From the IMG/VR virus record IMGVR_UViG_3300030331_003482, positions 1-64,000 of that record: a stretch of 64,000 nucleotides of DNA. The stretch is one strand, 5' to 3'. The position numbers and the translations under genes are program-made. This DNA comes from an uncultured virus (IMG/VR IMGVR_UViG_3300030331_003482) (lineage: Duplodnaviria > Heunggongvirae > Uroviricota > Caudoviricetes). This document shows positions 40,528 to 48,563 of this stretch, piece by piece. Position 1 is the stretch's first letter. Each line of letters starts with the position of its first letter. The notes beneath the pieces are model-generated. The model had not been told where the DNA came from. It ran no database searches and saw nothing but the letters and a program-made list of their open reading frames with translations.

Positions 40528-40851
40528 TTAAAACGGTAAATCATCTACTGGTGCAGCTGTAGCGCCTCCTGCTGTAATAGGTTGTGCTACTGGCTGATCT
40601 TGCCTTGGAGCAACAGCAACATTAGCGCCGTTAGTCCAAACAACTTTTACGTTACCAAGATAAGTCTTTTCAGTCTTAGCATCTCTTTCCTCTTTAGTTT
40701 GTTGAACTACTACAGGACCTTGATTACCAAACTGATCTTGCTCATCGTTTAACGTAATAGTAATTGGTAAGTATTTACCTTTCTTGCCTTCGATAATTTT
40801 ATCTTTAGGTATTTTTGTAAGGTCAATACTTGTAGCTATTATACTCGCCAT
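40528..40851 (-). CDS. Putative single-stranded DNA-binding protein
   Basis: Small beta-rich domain, low-complexity linker and an acidic DDLPF tip. Confidence 0.65.
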   Translation of the reverse strand: MASIIATSIDLTKIPKDKIIEGKKGKYLPITITLNDEQDQFGNQGPVVVQQTKEERDAKTEKTYLGNVKVVWTNGANVAVAPRQDQPVAQPITAGGATAAPVDDLPF

Positions 40852-40852
40852 A

Positions 40853-41020
40853 TTAATAAGTATTTAATTGGTTAAACATTCTGGTCATCTGTTGCTTTGT
40901 AGCTCCAGTTAACCTTCTCAAATTGTCAACAGCTTTTACGTGCGATTGATTAGTGTAAAAATTGTTAACGCTTGTATTCATGCCAGTTACGTCGCATGTT
41001 CTTTTTCTTGTTCTAGCCAT
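40853..41020 (-). CDS. Small hypothetical protein (missed by ORF track)
   Basis: MARTRKRTCDVTG..., 55 aa. Confidence 0.6.
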   Translation of the reverse strand: MARTRKRTCDVTGMNTSVNNFYTNQSHVKAVDNLRRLTGATKQQMTRMFNQLNTY

Positions 41021-41029
41021 AATATTTAA

Positions 41030-41762
41030 TTAAAGTGTTTTGCTTATGAAATATTGTTTTGGATTAAAATCCTTGGTTTTATAGAACAGCTCATAAGCTT
41101 GTTCTGCTCTATCAACCTTATCTTTGCCCGAAGATAAAAACTCAGGCGAACAGTCAAACACACCTAACTGATGTGTTGTCTTATCTATTGCAATAAACAC
41201 CATATCATAACCAAATAACTTTTGGTATATATATGCTTGTGAATCGTAATTATAACGATAAGCACTGCTCTTAAATTTATTTATGTCCGCGGTTGTTTTA
41301 ATGTCAACTATTAACTGATCTGTGTGGTTGATAATATCTGCTTTTCCTTTCCACATATACTTTCNNNNNNNNNNCAACACCAGGTTGCTCATAATCTACA
41401 TTATCTGCTTGAATTAAACCTTTACAAACCTCATTACTCATCATCTTATCAGTCATCAGTTCAATGTGATCAACTTCATGTTGTAATAAGCATAACTCAC
41501 CACCCGACATTTCTTTGTACATCTTTGTATTTCTAGTTGTTGCTGGTATTATCTTAAACTTCTTAAGCTTATCTGGCTCAAGTATTGCTGTATGAAAATA
41601 ACCACCTACTAAAAATGCAGATGAAGGTTTACTTGGTTGTCCTAACGCTAGTGGATTACTAAGTAATGTACTAATATCAGAATTACTCAAGTACTTCTTA
41701 CCAAAGTCTCCATAATAATGGGTATCATCTTTCAACTTTGCAATGATATTTTCTTTTTTCAT
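41030..41762 (-). CDS. PD-(D/E)XK exonuclease (RecE/ExoVIII-like); one gene split by the N gap at 41365-41374
   Basis: LSNSDI, G.YFHTAILEP, KGKADII...IVDIKTT, Y.Y..QAY.Y. Confidence 0.8.
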
Positions 41763-42287
41763 TTATAATGTAGTTAATTCCTTTTCTTGTTCAGGAGTTA
41801 ATTGATACTTAGCTTTTATTGCATCTATTTTACCTCCGGATTTTACATAACTAACAGCCTTCTTAATATCCTGTAGTTTTTCTTTTCCGTGTGTATTAGT
41901 TGCATCAGAATCTTGAGTATCATCTATTAAAAATAAATTACCTAAAGCATATTTCTTACCGTAAGATGATGCAGAACCAAACTGTTGTGGGGTTTGCATA
42001 CCTTTTTGCATTAAGTCTACTCCGACTATAGCAGACGTTGATAACGTCATACCTTTTTCGTCGTGTAATGTAGCTGTTGATTTTAGTACTGGGACACCGT
42101 CAGGCACGTCAGTTCCTACAAACTTTTCGTCTACCGTAACAGTTACGTTGTACTTTAGTAAGAAAGGCTTTATCGATTCAAGTATATCTTCAGCTGACCT
42201 GAAATAATACTTTCCAAAAGAGTTAAATCTACTCTTTTTAGCCTTGAGCTCAGTTTGAATCTGAGCCAGTTTTTGTTGTAAAGTCAT
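41763..42287 (-). CDS. ERF-family single-strand annealing protein
   Basis: FGKYYFRSAEDIL...QQFGSASSYGKKYALGNLFLIDDTQDSD. Confidence 0.85.
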   Translation of the reverse strand: MTLQQKLAQIQTELKAKKSRFNSFGKYYFRSAEDILESIKPFLLKYNVTVTVDEKFVGTDVPDGVPVLKSTATLHDEKGMTLSTSAIVGVDLMQKGMQTPQQFGSASSYGKKYALGNLFLIDDTQDSDATNTHGKEKLQDIKKAVSYVKSGGKIDAIKAKYQLTPEQEKELTTL

Positions 42288-42362
42288 ATTATAAAATTAA
42301 ATTGTCTATATATATAATTACATATTGGTGAACACCATTTACATAAATATTCACTCTATAAC

Positions 42363-43130
42363 TTAAAGATAATCAAGCACTTGCGTGTAATCTACATTAT
42401 CAATAAGCTTCTGAACAGCTTGCTTTTTTAACTGAGATACTCTCACATAAGCGCTGCTACCGTTAACACCAATTTTTGCAGCAATATCTACCGCGTTGTG
42501 TTTATCACAATCAAGACCATAACTAAGCCTTAGTACCTCATACTCTTTGTCATTAAGATGTTTCTTAAGTAAACCTTTTAAATACATATTTAATAAATTC
42601 ATATTATAAGGTTCTGACTTGTCAGGTATTTGATAAGCATAGTTTTCATCTTGATTAGGTTTTTCATCAATACTTAAGAATATACTATTGAAAAACATTT
42701 CTACCATTTTTCTATTTTTACCAAAGTTTTTACGTATTTCATTTAGTTTATGCTCAGGTATTCTCATGTTACCACGATTAATATCTATAGCTCTACGTAT
42801 TGCACCTTTGATACGTTTAGATAAAAATGATTTTAGAGTTTTCTCTTGATCTTCTGAATCTGCAAGCATTGATCTATCAAGTTTACCAACAGCAAGTGTT
42901 AGACCTGCGTTGCCTTCTTGTATAAGATCTAGTATTGTCATAACACCAGATGCTTGTTGACTAGTTGAGAACTTTCTAGCTACATTTTCAACTAATGGTA
43001 AAAACATAATTATCAACTCTTCATCACTAAACTTAGTATAATCACCGTTCATAACGTCAGGTAATTTACTAATCTTAGTTTGCATATCTTCTTTGTATCT
43101 GATATAATTTTCTAAATTATACTTCTTCAT
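42363..43130 (-). CDS. Sigma-70 family RNA polymerase sigma factor
   Basis: Region 2 LPLVENVARKF...DLIQEGNAGL...RIKGAIRRAI..MRIPEH; region 4 LNDKEYEVLRLSYGL...IAAKIGV...RVSQLKKQAVQKL. Confidence 0.9.
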   Translation of the reverse strand: MKKYNLENYIRYKEDMQTKISKLPDVMNGDYTKFSDEELIIMFLPLVENVARKFSTSQQASGVMTILDLIQEGNAGLTLAVGKLDRSMLADSEDQEKTLKSFLSKRIKGAIRRAIDINRGNMRIPEHKLNEIRKNFGKNRKMVEMFFNSIFLSIDEKPNQDENYAYQIPDKSEPYNMNLLNMYLKGLLKKHLNDKEYEVLRLSYGLDCDKHNAVDIAAKIGVNGSSAYVRVSQLKKQAVQKLIDNVDYTQVLDYL

Positions 43131-43716
43131 TTAATATTCGTTTTTCTTGTTTTAACTCGTCACACATGTGGCGATGTATTGTTCTTGTAGAACATTCAAG
43201 TAAATCAGCTAACTTACTAATAGTAATTTTTTGTTTATTACCATTTAAGTTAAGCATAGCATCGTATATCATTTCTTTATCAATGCTTGATCTACCAATT
43301 AATTTGCCTACAATTTTTAATTTATCACTCAAGTCTAACCCAGAGTACGGTTTGAATATTACTTTGCGTGATTTGTTTAGAGGTGGATCACCACCTTGCT
43401 GCAAAACATCTTCTATCATTTCATCTAGTATTCGCTGTTTAATGAAGAAGGTAACAAAGCCGTTTTCTTTATCAGCTATAAATTTAAATACATGTTTTAA
43501 ATCTATATTATCATTAAGATAATATAATACCAGCATGTGCCACTTCAAAGATTTATATGTAGTTATTTTAGCCTTGCTATTAAACAAATGATAACACTCA
43601 TATGTACCATTTTCATAGTACATGTATTGATCTGTTTCTATAGTAGGTATATCATTATCAGGATCTTTCCTGTATATGATTCTTCTATCATTTAACCATT
43701 TTATATTTCGTGACAT
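43117..43716 (-). CDS. DNA-binding protein with C-terminal HTH (regulator or replication initiator)
   Basis: KITISKLADLLECSTRTIHRHM helix-turn-helix. Confidence 0.65.
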   Translation of the reverse strand: MSRNIKWLNDRRIIYRKDPDNDIPTIETDQYMYYENGTYECYHLFNSKAKITTYKSLKWHMLVLYYLNDNIDLKHVFKFIADKENGFVTFFIKQRILDEMIEDVLQQGGDPPLNKSRKVIFKPYSGLDLSDKLKIVGKLIGRSSIDKEMIYDAMLNLNGNKQKITISKLADLLECSTRTIHRHMCDELKQEKRILNEEV

Positions 43717-43754
43717 TAGCCTATTACTATATAATCTTTATAACCTATTGTCAT
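43710..43754. promoter_or_regulatory. 45-bp imperfect palindromic element, copy 1
   Basis: Minus strand reads ATGACAATAG...ATAGTAATAGGCTAATGTCAC; same length and ends as 50275-50319. Confidence 0.6.
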
Positions 43755-44091
43755 CGTTGAGTATCTCAACTCTGACGTTTTCCCATTTTCCACCTTTTAA
43801 ATCTTCATTGACTAAAAAGTCAATACGATTTGTCCATCTTTTGTTCATGCGATCTTGTACTGTCCATATACCGTCAAGATCACCTGCTCCGGTAACGTAG
43901 ACTTTTACGCCAAACGTTAAACCTTTTTCTTCCAAATCTCTTGATACAGCTATCCATCTGTGTTTTAATGGATTACCAAGATCTATTATTTTATTGCTAG
44001 CCGTTATATGCGGAGTGCTATCCGTCTGCTCCGGCGTAGCATGATAAATCGTCGCTGTAACCAAAAGTATCTTTAATGTATTTAGTATCAT
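43738..44091 (-). CDS. 3D-domain/DPBB-like cell-wall protein
   Basis: ATIYH...QTDSTPHITAS...IAVSRDL...G.W.VQD.M......IDFL. Confidence 0.65.
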   Translation of the reverse strand: MILNTLKILLVTATIYHATPEQTDSTPHITASNKIIDLGNPLKHRWIAVSRDLEEKGLTFGVKVYVTGAGDLDGIWTVQDRMNKRWTNRIDFLVNEDLKGGKWENVRVEILNDDNRL

Positions 44092-44551
44092 ATAATGATT
44101 CTTTGTTATGCGCTATATGTTTTTTGTCATACACGTAGTATAACCAGTATGCGTGTATAGCACAATCACGCTTAAACTCTTCGGGCATAGCTTGTGGTGG
44201 TTGTGTAAACTCATCACCTTGTATATGCGCTGGCGGTTTAGCCAAAAAGTCTTTACATTTAGTTATTGTTAAATGTGTTTTACCATATCGTTTTGTATAC
44301 TCATCACCAAGAGCCATCATGTGATTATATAACCACATATAAGTTGATCTTGATTGTCTAGCCCATATAGTTGATGGGTGATTTAAATGAGCTTGTTTGT
44401 AAGGTACATTATCCCTTTGCCATTTATCACCATAACAGTGATGAGCTGTACAAAGCATTTGTGCTGATTCAAGTATCATCTTAACTACATGTTTGTTATA
44501 TTGTAGTCTTGCTGCTTTATCAGGACATTTATCTAGGTAAAATATATTCAT
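44018..44551 (-). CDS. Pyrimidine-dimer DNA glycosylase (DenV-related family)
   Basis: MNIFYLD...KHVVKMILESAQML...H.NHPSTIWAR...EYT.RYGK.H...PPQAMP. Confidence 0.75.
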   Translation of the reverse strand: MNIFYLDKCPDKAARLQYNKHVVKMILESAQMLCTAHHCYGDKWQRDNVPYKQAHLNHPSTIWARQSRSTYMWLYNHMMALGDEYTKRYGKTHLTITKCKDFLAKPPAHIQGDEFTQPPQAMPEEFKRDCAIHAYWLYYVYDKKHIAHNKESLYDTKYIKDTFGYSDDLSCYAGADG

Positions 44552-44688
44552 AAAGTTTCTCTTATCATTACATCTGTTAGTTTATCACATAACTTGTCGT
44601 AATCATTTTCTTTAATATTGTATTCTTGTTTACCGTTTACAGTAACCTCTACTCTAAACGTAATATCGTTTTTAAATTTTCTACTCAT
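44548..44688 (-). CDS. Small hypothetical protein
   Basis: Probable ATG at 44688 overlapping the ligase stop. Confidence 0.5.
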   Translation of the reverse strand: MSRKFKNDITFRVEVTVNGKQEYNIKENDYDKLCDKLTDVMIRETL

Positions 44689-45517
44689 AGTCTCGTAAAC
44701 CTTTGTATAATGGATGTCTGTAACTACCAGCATTAGTTCTTTGAAAATATGTAAACGTCGCACGCTTGCCAATAAATTGATCAATGTTCTTGAGCATATC
44801 AGCTAGATCTTTGTAAGTGTAGCCTTTGCCGGGAGGGCAACCAAACTTAACACCTTCATCATCAAGCATAAGGAATTTGCCAAGCGTACCTGAACGCTTA
44901 CCTTTACCGATTTCGTAGCCAACTATTGTAGCTTCGGTATCTGAAAAATCTTTAAACTTCATAAGATCATACGATCTACCTTGTTTGTACAGGCCATTAA
45001 GTCTGATAATAGAGCCTTCGTAACCATCTTCAAGGTATTTAGCATGAATATCTCTTGCTTGTTCGTAGCTAGTAACTCTTTTAGCTTGTACATATTTAAT
45101 TTGAGTATCATATATATTAGAGCAAGTAAGATTAGCTTGTCTTTCCGCATATGATTGATTATCATTATCTATATAATCGTAGCAATGAAACTGTACGAGA
45201 TGTTGTGCATCTATTCTATCAGTATCAGTAGGTTTTTGTTTTCTGACAAGAGATATAATCTTTTCAAAGTTATGTTTCAGCTTGTGATTGTATAACTCGC
45301 CATCAAGTGTAACGTTAGGGTGTTGATCAAAGAAAGACTTAAGAGCCATTTCAATATGTCTAACGTTCATAAATTGTTTGTGGTTACGCGAATACGCACC
45401 ATATTTTGTAAATAAGCATCGAACACCATCGAGCTTAGGTTGTATGTATACGACCTGATTCCAGTCTACTCTAGACTTGTCAAATTTGTGGGCCAGCATT
45501 GCCTTGTGTTGTATCAT
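44681..45517 (-). CDS. ATP-dependent DNA ligase (minimal)
   Basis: QPKLDGVRC (adenylated Lys), LDGELY, EGSIIR, LMKFK and OB-fold FTYFQ...YRHP. Confidence 0.92.
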   Translation of the reverse strand: MIQHKAMLAHKFDKSRVDWNQVVYIQPKLDGVRCLFTKYGAYSRNHKQFMNVRHIEMALKSFFDQHPNVTLDGELYNHKLKHNFEKIISLVRKQKPTDTDRIDAQHLVQFHCYDYIDNDNQSYAERQANLTCSNIYDTQIKYVQAKRVTSYEQARDIHAKYLEDGYEGSIIRLNGLYKQGRSYDLMKFKDFSDTEATIVGYEIGKGKRSGTLGKFLMLDDEGVKFGCPPGKGYTYKDLADMLKNIDQFIGKRATFTYFQRTNAGSYRHPLYKGLRDYE

Positions 45518-45809
45518 CTAAGTTATCTAATTTATTTTGTATTATTTCTAATCTTCGTTTTATTATCGCCGCTTTCATATATTCTTCTTTACCTTCATAT
45601 ATTGCAAGCAGCGTGTGTAGTCTAGCCATTTCAGCAACTAAAAATTCTTCTTCAGTTTCTTTGAAAGGCATATAACCTTTCATTATGTCAGCAATAGTCA
45701 TTGGCGTAGACATTTGATGTTCTTCTTGTTTAAACTTCCACAGCATCTTTTTAATTACCGCATCCGTTATCATATCAATTGTTGCATCGTTTATATTATC
45801 TAAATCCAT
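45480..45809 (-). CDS. Hypothetical protein with UvrB/C-like C-terminal helix pair
   Basis: EEYMKAAIIKRRL motif. Confidence 0.55.
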   Translation of the reverse strand: MDLDNINDATIDMITDAVIKKMLWKFKQEEHQMSTPMTIADIMKGYMPFKETEEEFLVAEMARLHTLLAIYEGKEEYMKAAIIKRRLEIIQNKLDNLDDTTQGNAGPQI

Positions 45810-45826
45810 TCGTATTTAGTTTGTTT
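45794..45826 (-). promoter_or_regulatory. Early motif copy (AAACA-N5-AATACGA-N9-GATAATA)
   Basis: Matches the six-copy consensus; upstream box partly degenerate. Confidence 0.6.
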
Positions 45827-46292
45827 TTGCTAGTTGTTCTATTTTTTTAAATCTTTGTGTTAGTCTAGTATCCTTTTCAAAGTCAGTATAATCCATATCT
45901 GATTTATATTTTTCTATAATTTTATCAGGGGTTAACACAAATACACATTTACTAGTGTATTGATCATAGCAGCTAATCCATATATCATCAGCGCCTGTCC
46001 ATATGACGTAAGTGTAGTTATGATCTATAGATTGTGGCTCTGCATATAAGTAGCAACTGTCATAGTACATATCGTGTACTAACTTAGCTGCCATTGCGGT
46101 ACCATCTTGTCTAGCATTAGCTTTACACCAATTTGCTAGCTGTACACCTTGCCACTCAGGATAACCATCGTGATGTAAATACATATTTACATAGCTTTTG
46201 TCACCTAAATTCCAAGGATCTTGAGCAAAACCTAATTCGTGATTTTGTGCGTAGTCTCTATCAACTACCATTGTTAAATTTCTTGTACTCAT
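45816..46292 (-). CDS. Hypothetical early protein with YxHxDGYP motif
   Basis: MSTR...MYLHHDGYPEWQG. Confidence 0.7.
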   Translation of the reverse strand: MSTRNLTMVVDRDYAQNHELGFAQDPWNLGDKSYVNMYLHHDGYPEWQGVQLANWCKANARQDGTAMAAKLVHDMYYDSCYLYAEPQSIDHNYTYVIWTGADDIWISCYDQYTSKCVFVLTPDKIIEKYKSDMDYTDFEKDTRLTQRFKKIEQLAKTN

Positions 46293-46456
46293 TTTATTCC
46301 ACCGTTTTTAATTGTTCTTCTTATTTCCATCAGATAATCATGAAACTTACTCCACTTATCTGAATCATCTTCATATGTTGCTGCCTCGATTCTAAATTTA
46401 AAATCTTTTATAAGCATAGTCAACATATTGTTTATTACTTCTTTTGGTATTGGCAT
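46289..46456 (-). CDS. Small hypothetical protein (missed by ORF track)
   Basis: MPIPKEVINNMLTMLIKDF..., 55 aa, coupled at both ends. Confidence 0.55.
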   Translation of the reverse strand: MPIPKEVINNMLTMLIKDFKFRIEAATYEDDSDKWSKFHDYLMEIRRTIKNGGIK

Positions 46457-46764
46457 TATCTTTCATCTTTAAATAACGCTAAACCAAGTTTAGCATAGTT
46501 AATAATATCAGCAAATCTACTATCAATAGACTCTGCTTTCTTTACGTTAGCATGATTAACATGAGCAAATACACTATTGACTTGTTTGTCAAAGTATGTA
46601 GCCCATACTTTTAATGCACTAGTATTCAGCCTGTTGGCTGTGCTTTTAAAATTATTTAGTACATCATCATTCATTAGTGTATACTCAGGGCCTTTGTCAC
46701 CCATTATATTTTTAGCCATAAGTGATATAGCTTTATCTAGTTTATTAAATTCTGCTTGTGTCAT
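46456..46764 (-). CDS. Nucleotide-modification-associated all-alpha domain protein (tentative)
   Basis: K..EY....D.L.NF...ESIDSRFADIINYA pattern. Confidence 0.5.
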   Translation of the reverse strand: MTQAEFNKLDKAISLMAKNIMGDKGPEYTLMNDDVLNNFKSTANRLNTSALKVWATYFDKQVNSVFAHVNHANVKKAESIDSRFADIINYAKLGLALFKDER

Positions 46765-46775
46765 TTTTTTATTGT

Positions 46776-47069
46776 TTAATCTAGTAATGTCATATAAGCT
46801 GTAGGGTTTTCTGATCTAAACCAGTCTACAGCTTTTATCATATCCTTTTGTAATTTAACCATTGCAGGATCTTCTATGTAAAAGTCACCTGAGTTTTGAG
46901 CGTTTACAGCTAATGTATACTCAGCGCCTTTTATAAAATCATACATAGATAACTCTGGACCTGATATTAAACACTTTGCGCCTGAAAAAGGATTTTTTAC
47001 TATATCACCTTGTGTGTACCAAGTACCTTTAAACCATTTTGGTTTTTCTTGTTTATTCTTTGTATCCAT
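46776..47069 (-). CDS. Hypothetical early protein
   Basis: VKNPFSG...WFRSENPTAYMTLLD. Confidence 0.7.
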   Translation of the reverse strand: MDTKNKQEKPKWFKGTWYTQGDIVKNPFSGAKCLISGPELSMYDFIKGAEYTLAVNAQNSGDFYIEDPAMVKLQKDMIKAVDWFRSENPTAYMTLLD

Positions 47070-47511
47070 CGTATTCTTTGTCTAGTAATTCATCTTTCTT
47101 ATCATCAAACTTGTTACTATACCAATCTTGGTATTTATCAGTGCAAATACTAAGAAAATCATATTCCATATCTTCCCATATAGCTGGATCAATCCAAACC
47201 ATATCACCGTCATTTAAAGTATCAAGTACTCTATCAGACCACTCAGGGTGATCTTCATAATAGTATACATCATTATCTATACTTGGAGCACCGTGATCTC
47301 TAGTACAAACATAAACATCATACTGATCAGCTGTGGTGTTAGTATATATTATTAAGTTTTCAGTGCCATTCGCCCAACTGCTTTTAACATCTAACGTTCC
47401 TGAGTACTCTTCTTTCAATACTTTCCAAGCATCTTCATCTTGTAAGCCAAAAATGATACCATCTTTTTCTAGTTCTTCTCTGACTATATCTGGCGTTAAT
47501 ATATTACTCAT
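47053..47511 (-). CDS. Highly acidic early protein
   Basis: 152 aa, very D/E-rich. Confidence 0.7.
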   Translation of the reverse strand: MSNILTPDIVREELEKDGIIFGLQDEDAWKVLKEEYSGTLDVKSSWANGTENLIIYTNTTADQYDVYVCTRDHGAPSIDNDVYYYEDHPEWSDRVLDTLNDGDMVWIDPAIWEDMEYDFLSICTDKYQDWYSNKFDDKKDELLDKEYDGYKE

Positions 47512-47734
47512 TTATCATAATGTTTTCGCCATATATAAAATCATAAGGAGACATTTTATAGCTTGTTAAACTTGTGTATGTAATGAGCTCGTTTATTTGT
47601 TGTATGGTAAGCTCAGACCATAATGACTTAGACATGAGAGTATATTTAAGCATTCTAGCGGTATCATACTTCTTAGCGCTAGACCTTAAATCAACTTTAA
47701 CCTCTGTCTTTAGTTTATCATATATTGATTTCAT
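47504..47734 (-). CDS. Hypothetical early protein
   Basis: Probable start MKSIYDKLK at 47734, just downstream of a motif copy. Confidence 0.6.
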   Translation of the reverse strand: MKSIYDKLKTEVKVDLRSSAKKYDTARMLKYTLMSKSLWSELTIQQINELITYTSLTSYKMSPYDFIYGENIMINE

Positions 47735-47752
47735 AATTGTTAAATTTATATT

Positions 47753-47785
47753 TATTATCCTATTGTCATCGTATTTTGTTTGTAA
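47753..47785 (-). promoter_or_regulatory. Early motif copy
   Basis: TTACA-AACAA-AATACGA-TGACAATAG-GATAATA. Confidence 0.75.
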
Positions 47786-47787
47786 TA

Positions 47788-47916
47788 AGTGGCGGCCAAC
47801 CTGTGAGCAATGTCTTAAGCTTCTCACGATGGACCGAGTTACGTATTGTTCACTTTGGGCTCACTTCTGAACGAAGTTACCTCGCCACCCCAATACTGCG
47901 GTGCTTCCATCAGCCT
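47788..47916 (-). ncRNA. GC-rich structured RNA of unknown class, probably pseudoknotted
   Basis: Complementary pairs GATGG/CCATC, ACCG/CGGT, GTATTG/CAATAC, ACTTC/GAAGT and GTGAG/CTCAC, plus non-nested GTGGCG/CGCCAC and GTTCA/TGAAC. Confidence 0.55.
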
Positions 47917-47920
47917 GTAG

Positions 47921-47994
47921 TGGACGTGGCAGGAGTCGAACCTGCGTCTGGCACCTTTGCTTACGCCGAGGTTGCCGCCAACCATTACACGCCC
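47921..47994 (-). ncRNA. Ala-identity tRNA-like / tmRNA tRNA-like-domain RNA without a canonical anticodon arm
   Basis: Acceptor GGGCGTG/CACGTCC with G3:U70 and A73; T-arm GCAGG-TTCGACT-CCTGC preceded by GAC; no encoded CCA. Confidence 0.75.
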
Positions 47995-48215
47995 TATATC
48001 TCGTCGTAATAAGGATTAGTTATTACTCCAAGTTGCAATGCTAGCTGCCTAGCAACAAGTTGCATGAGATAACTATGAGTGTCGTTGAATTGTTTGCCCT
48101 CAAGATCTTCATACTCCTTGCTGTCTAGTGCCCAGCTGCATTGTCTTTTAATATCTTTTTTAACTAAGCTTGCTATTGCTTTTGCTTCTATATCTAAGTT
48201 TTTAATTCTTCCCAT
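47994..48215 (-). CDS. Hypothetical early protein
   Basis: 73-aa ORF ending at the tRNA-like RNA. Confidence 0.6.
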   Translation of the reverse strand: MGRIKNLDIEAKAIASLVKKDIKRQCSWALDSKEYEDLEGKQFNDTHSYLMQLVARQLALQLGVITNPYYDEI

Positions 48216-48300
48216 AATATTCTTCTATTGTTACCCATTTGTCTATTTCTTGACAGTAAATCATACCATCAATTACGTTATTTTCTTCAAATCTACACAT
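48202..48300 (-). CDS. 32-aa hypothetical peptide
   Basis: MCRFEENNVIDGMIYCQEIDKWV..., fills the operon gap. Confidence 0.4.
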   Translation of the reverse strand: MCRFEENNVIDGMIYCQEIDKWVTIEEYYGKN

Positions 48301-48301
48301 A

Positions 48302-48523
48302 TTATACATTTCTTAGCATTGTACCATAACCTCTGCGCTCGGTTAACTTACGTATACGTTTCGCCTGTTCTTTCGGCATAATCTGGATAGTATTACCGGT
48401 TTTGTGGTAGTTTATACTTATACAACCATAAGGTTGCGTAGTACTGCAGTTGACGCAAGAGGTATACCCTAGGGCCAACCGAGCTTGAGGTATTATATTT
48501 TTACATTTACAATATTTTTTCAT
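48302..48523 (-). CDS. DksA/TraR-like C4 zinc-finger protein
   Basis: YCKC...IPQARL...SCVNCS. Confidence 0.65.
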   Translation of the reverse strand: MKKYCKCKNIIPQARLALGYTSCVNCSTTQPYGCISINYHKTGNTIQIMPKEQAKRIRKLTERRGYGTMLRNV

Positions 48524-48530
48524 ACAATTA

Positions 48531-48563
48531 TATTATCTTGCTTTAATCGTATTTTGTTTGTAA
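48531..48563 (-). promoter_or_regulatory. Early motif copy
   Basis: TTACA-AACAA-AATACGA-TTAAAGCAA-GATAATA. Confidence 0.75.

Noticed and set aside
41365..41374. Apparent frameshift splitting the exonuclease into two ORFs
   Set aside because: It coincides with a 10-N scaffold gap, so it is an assembly artefact, not a programmed frameshift or pseudogene.
47053..47085. Possible seventh early motif
   Set aside because: AATACGA is present, but both the GATAATA and TTACA boxes mismatch. The same applies to a copy inside nrdB near 35316.
47788..47994. Complete or two-piece tmRNA gene
   Set aside because: The acceptor halves are only 74 nt apart and not permuted, and I found no tag frame ending in ALAA-stop nearby.
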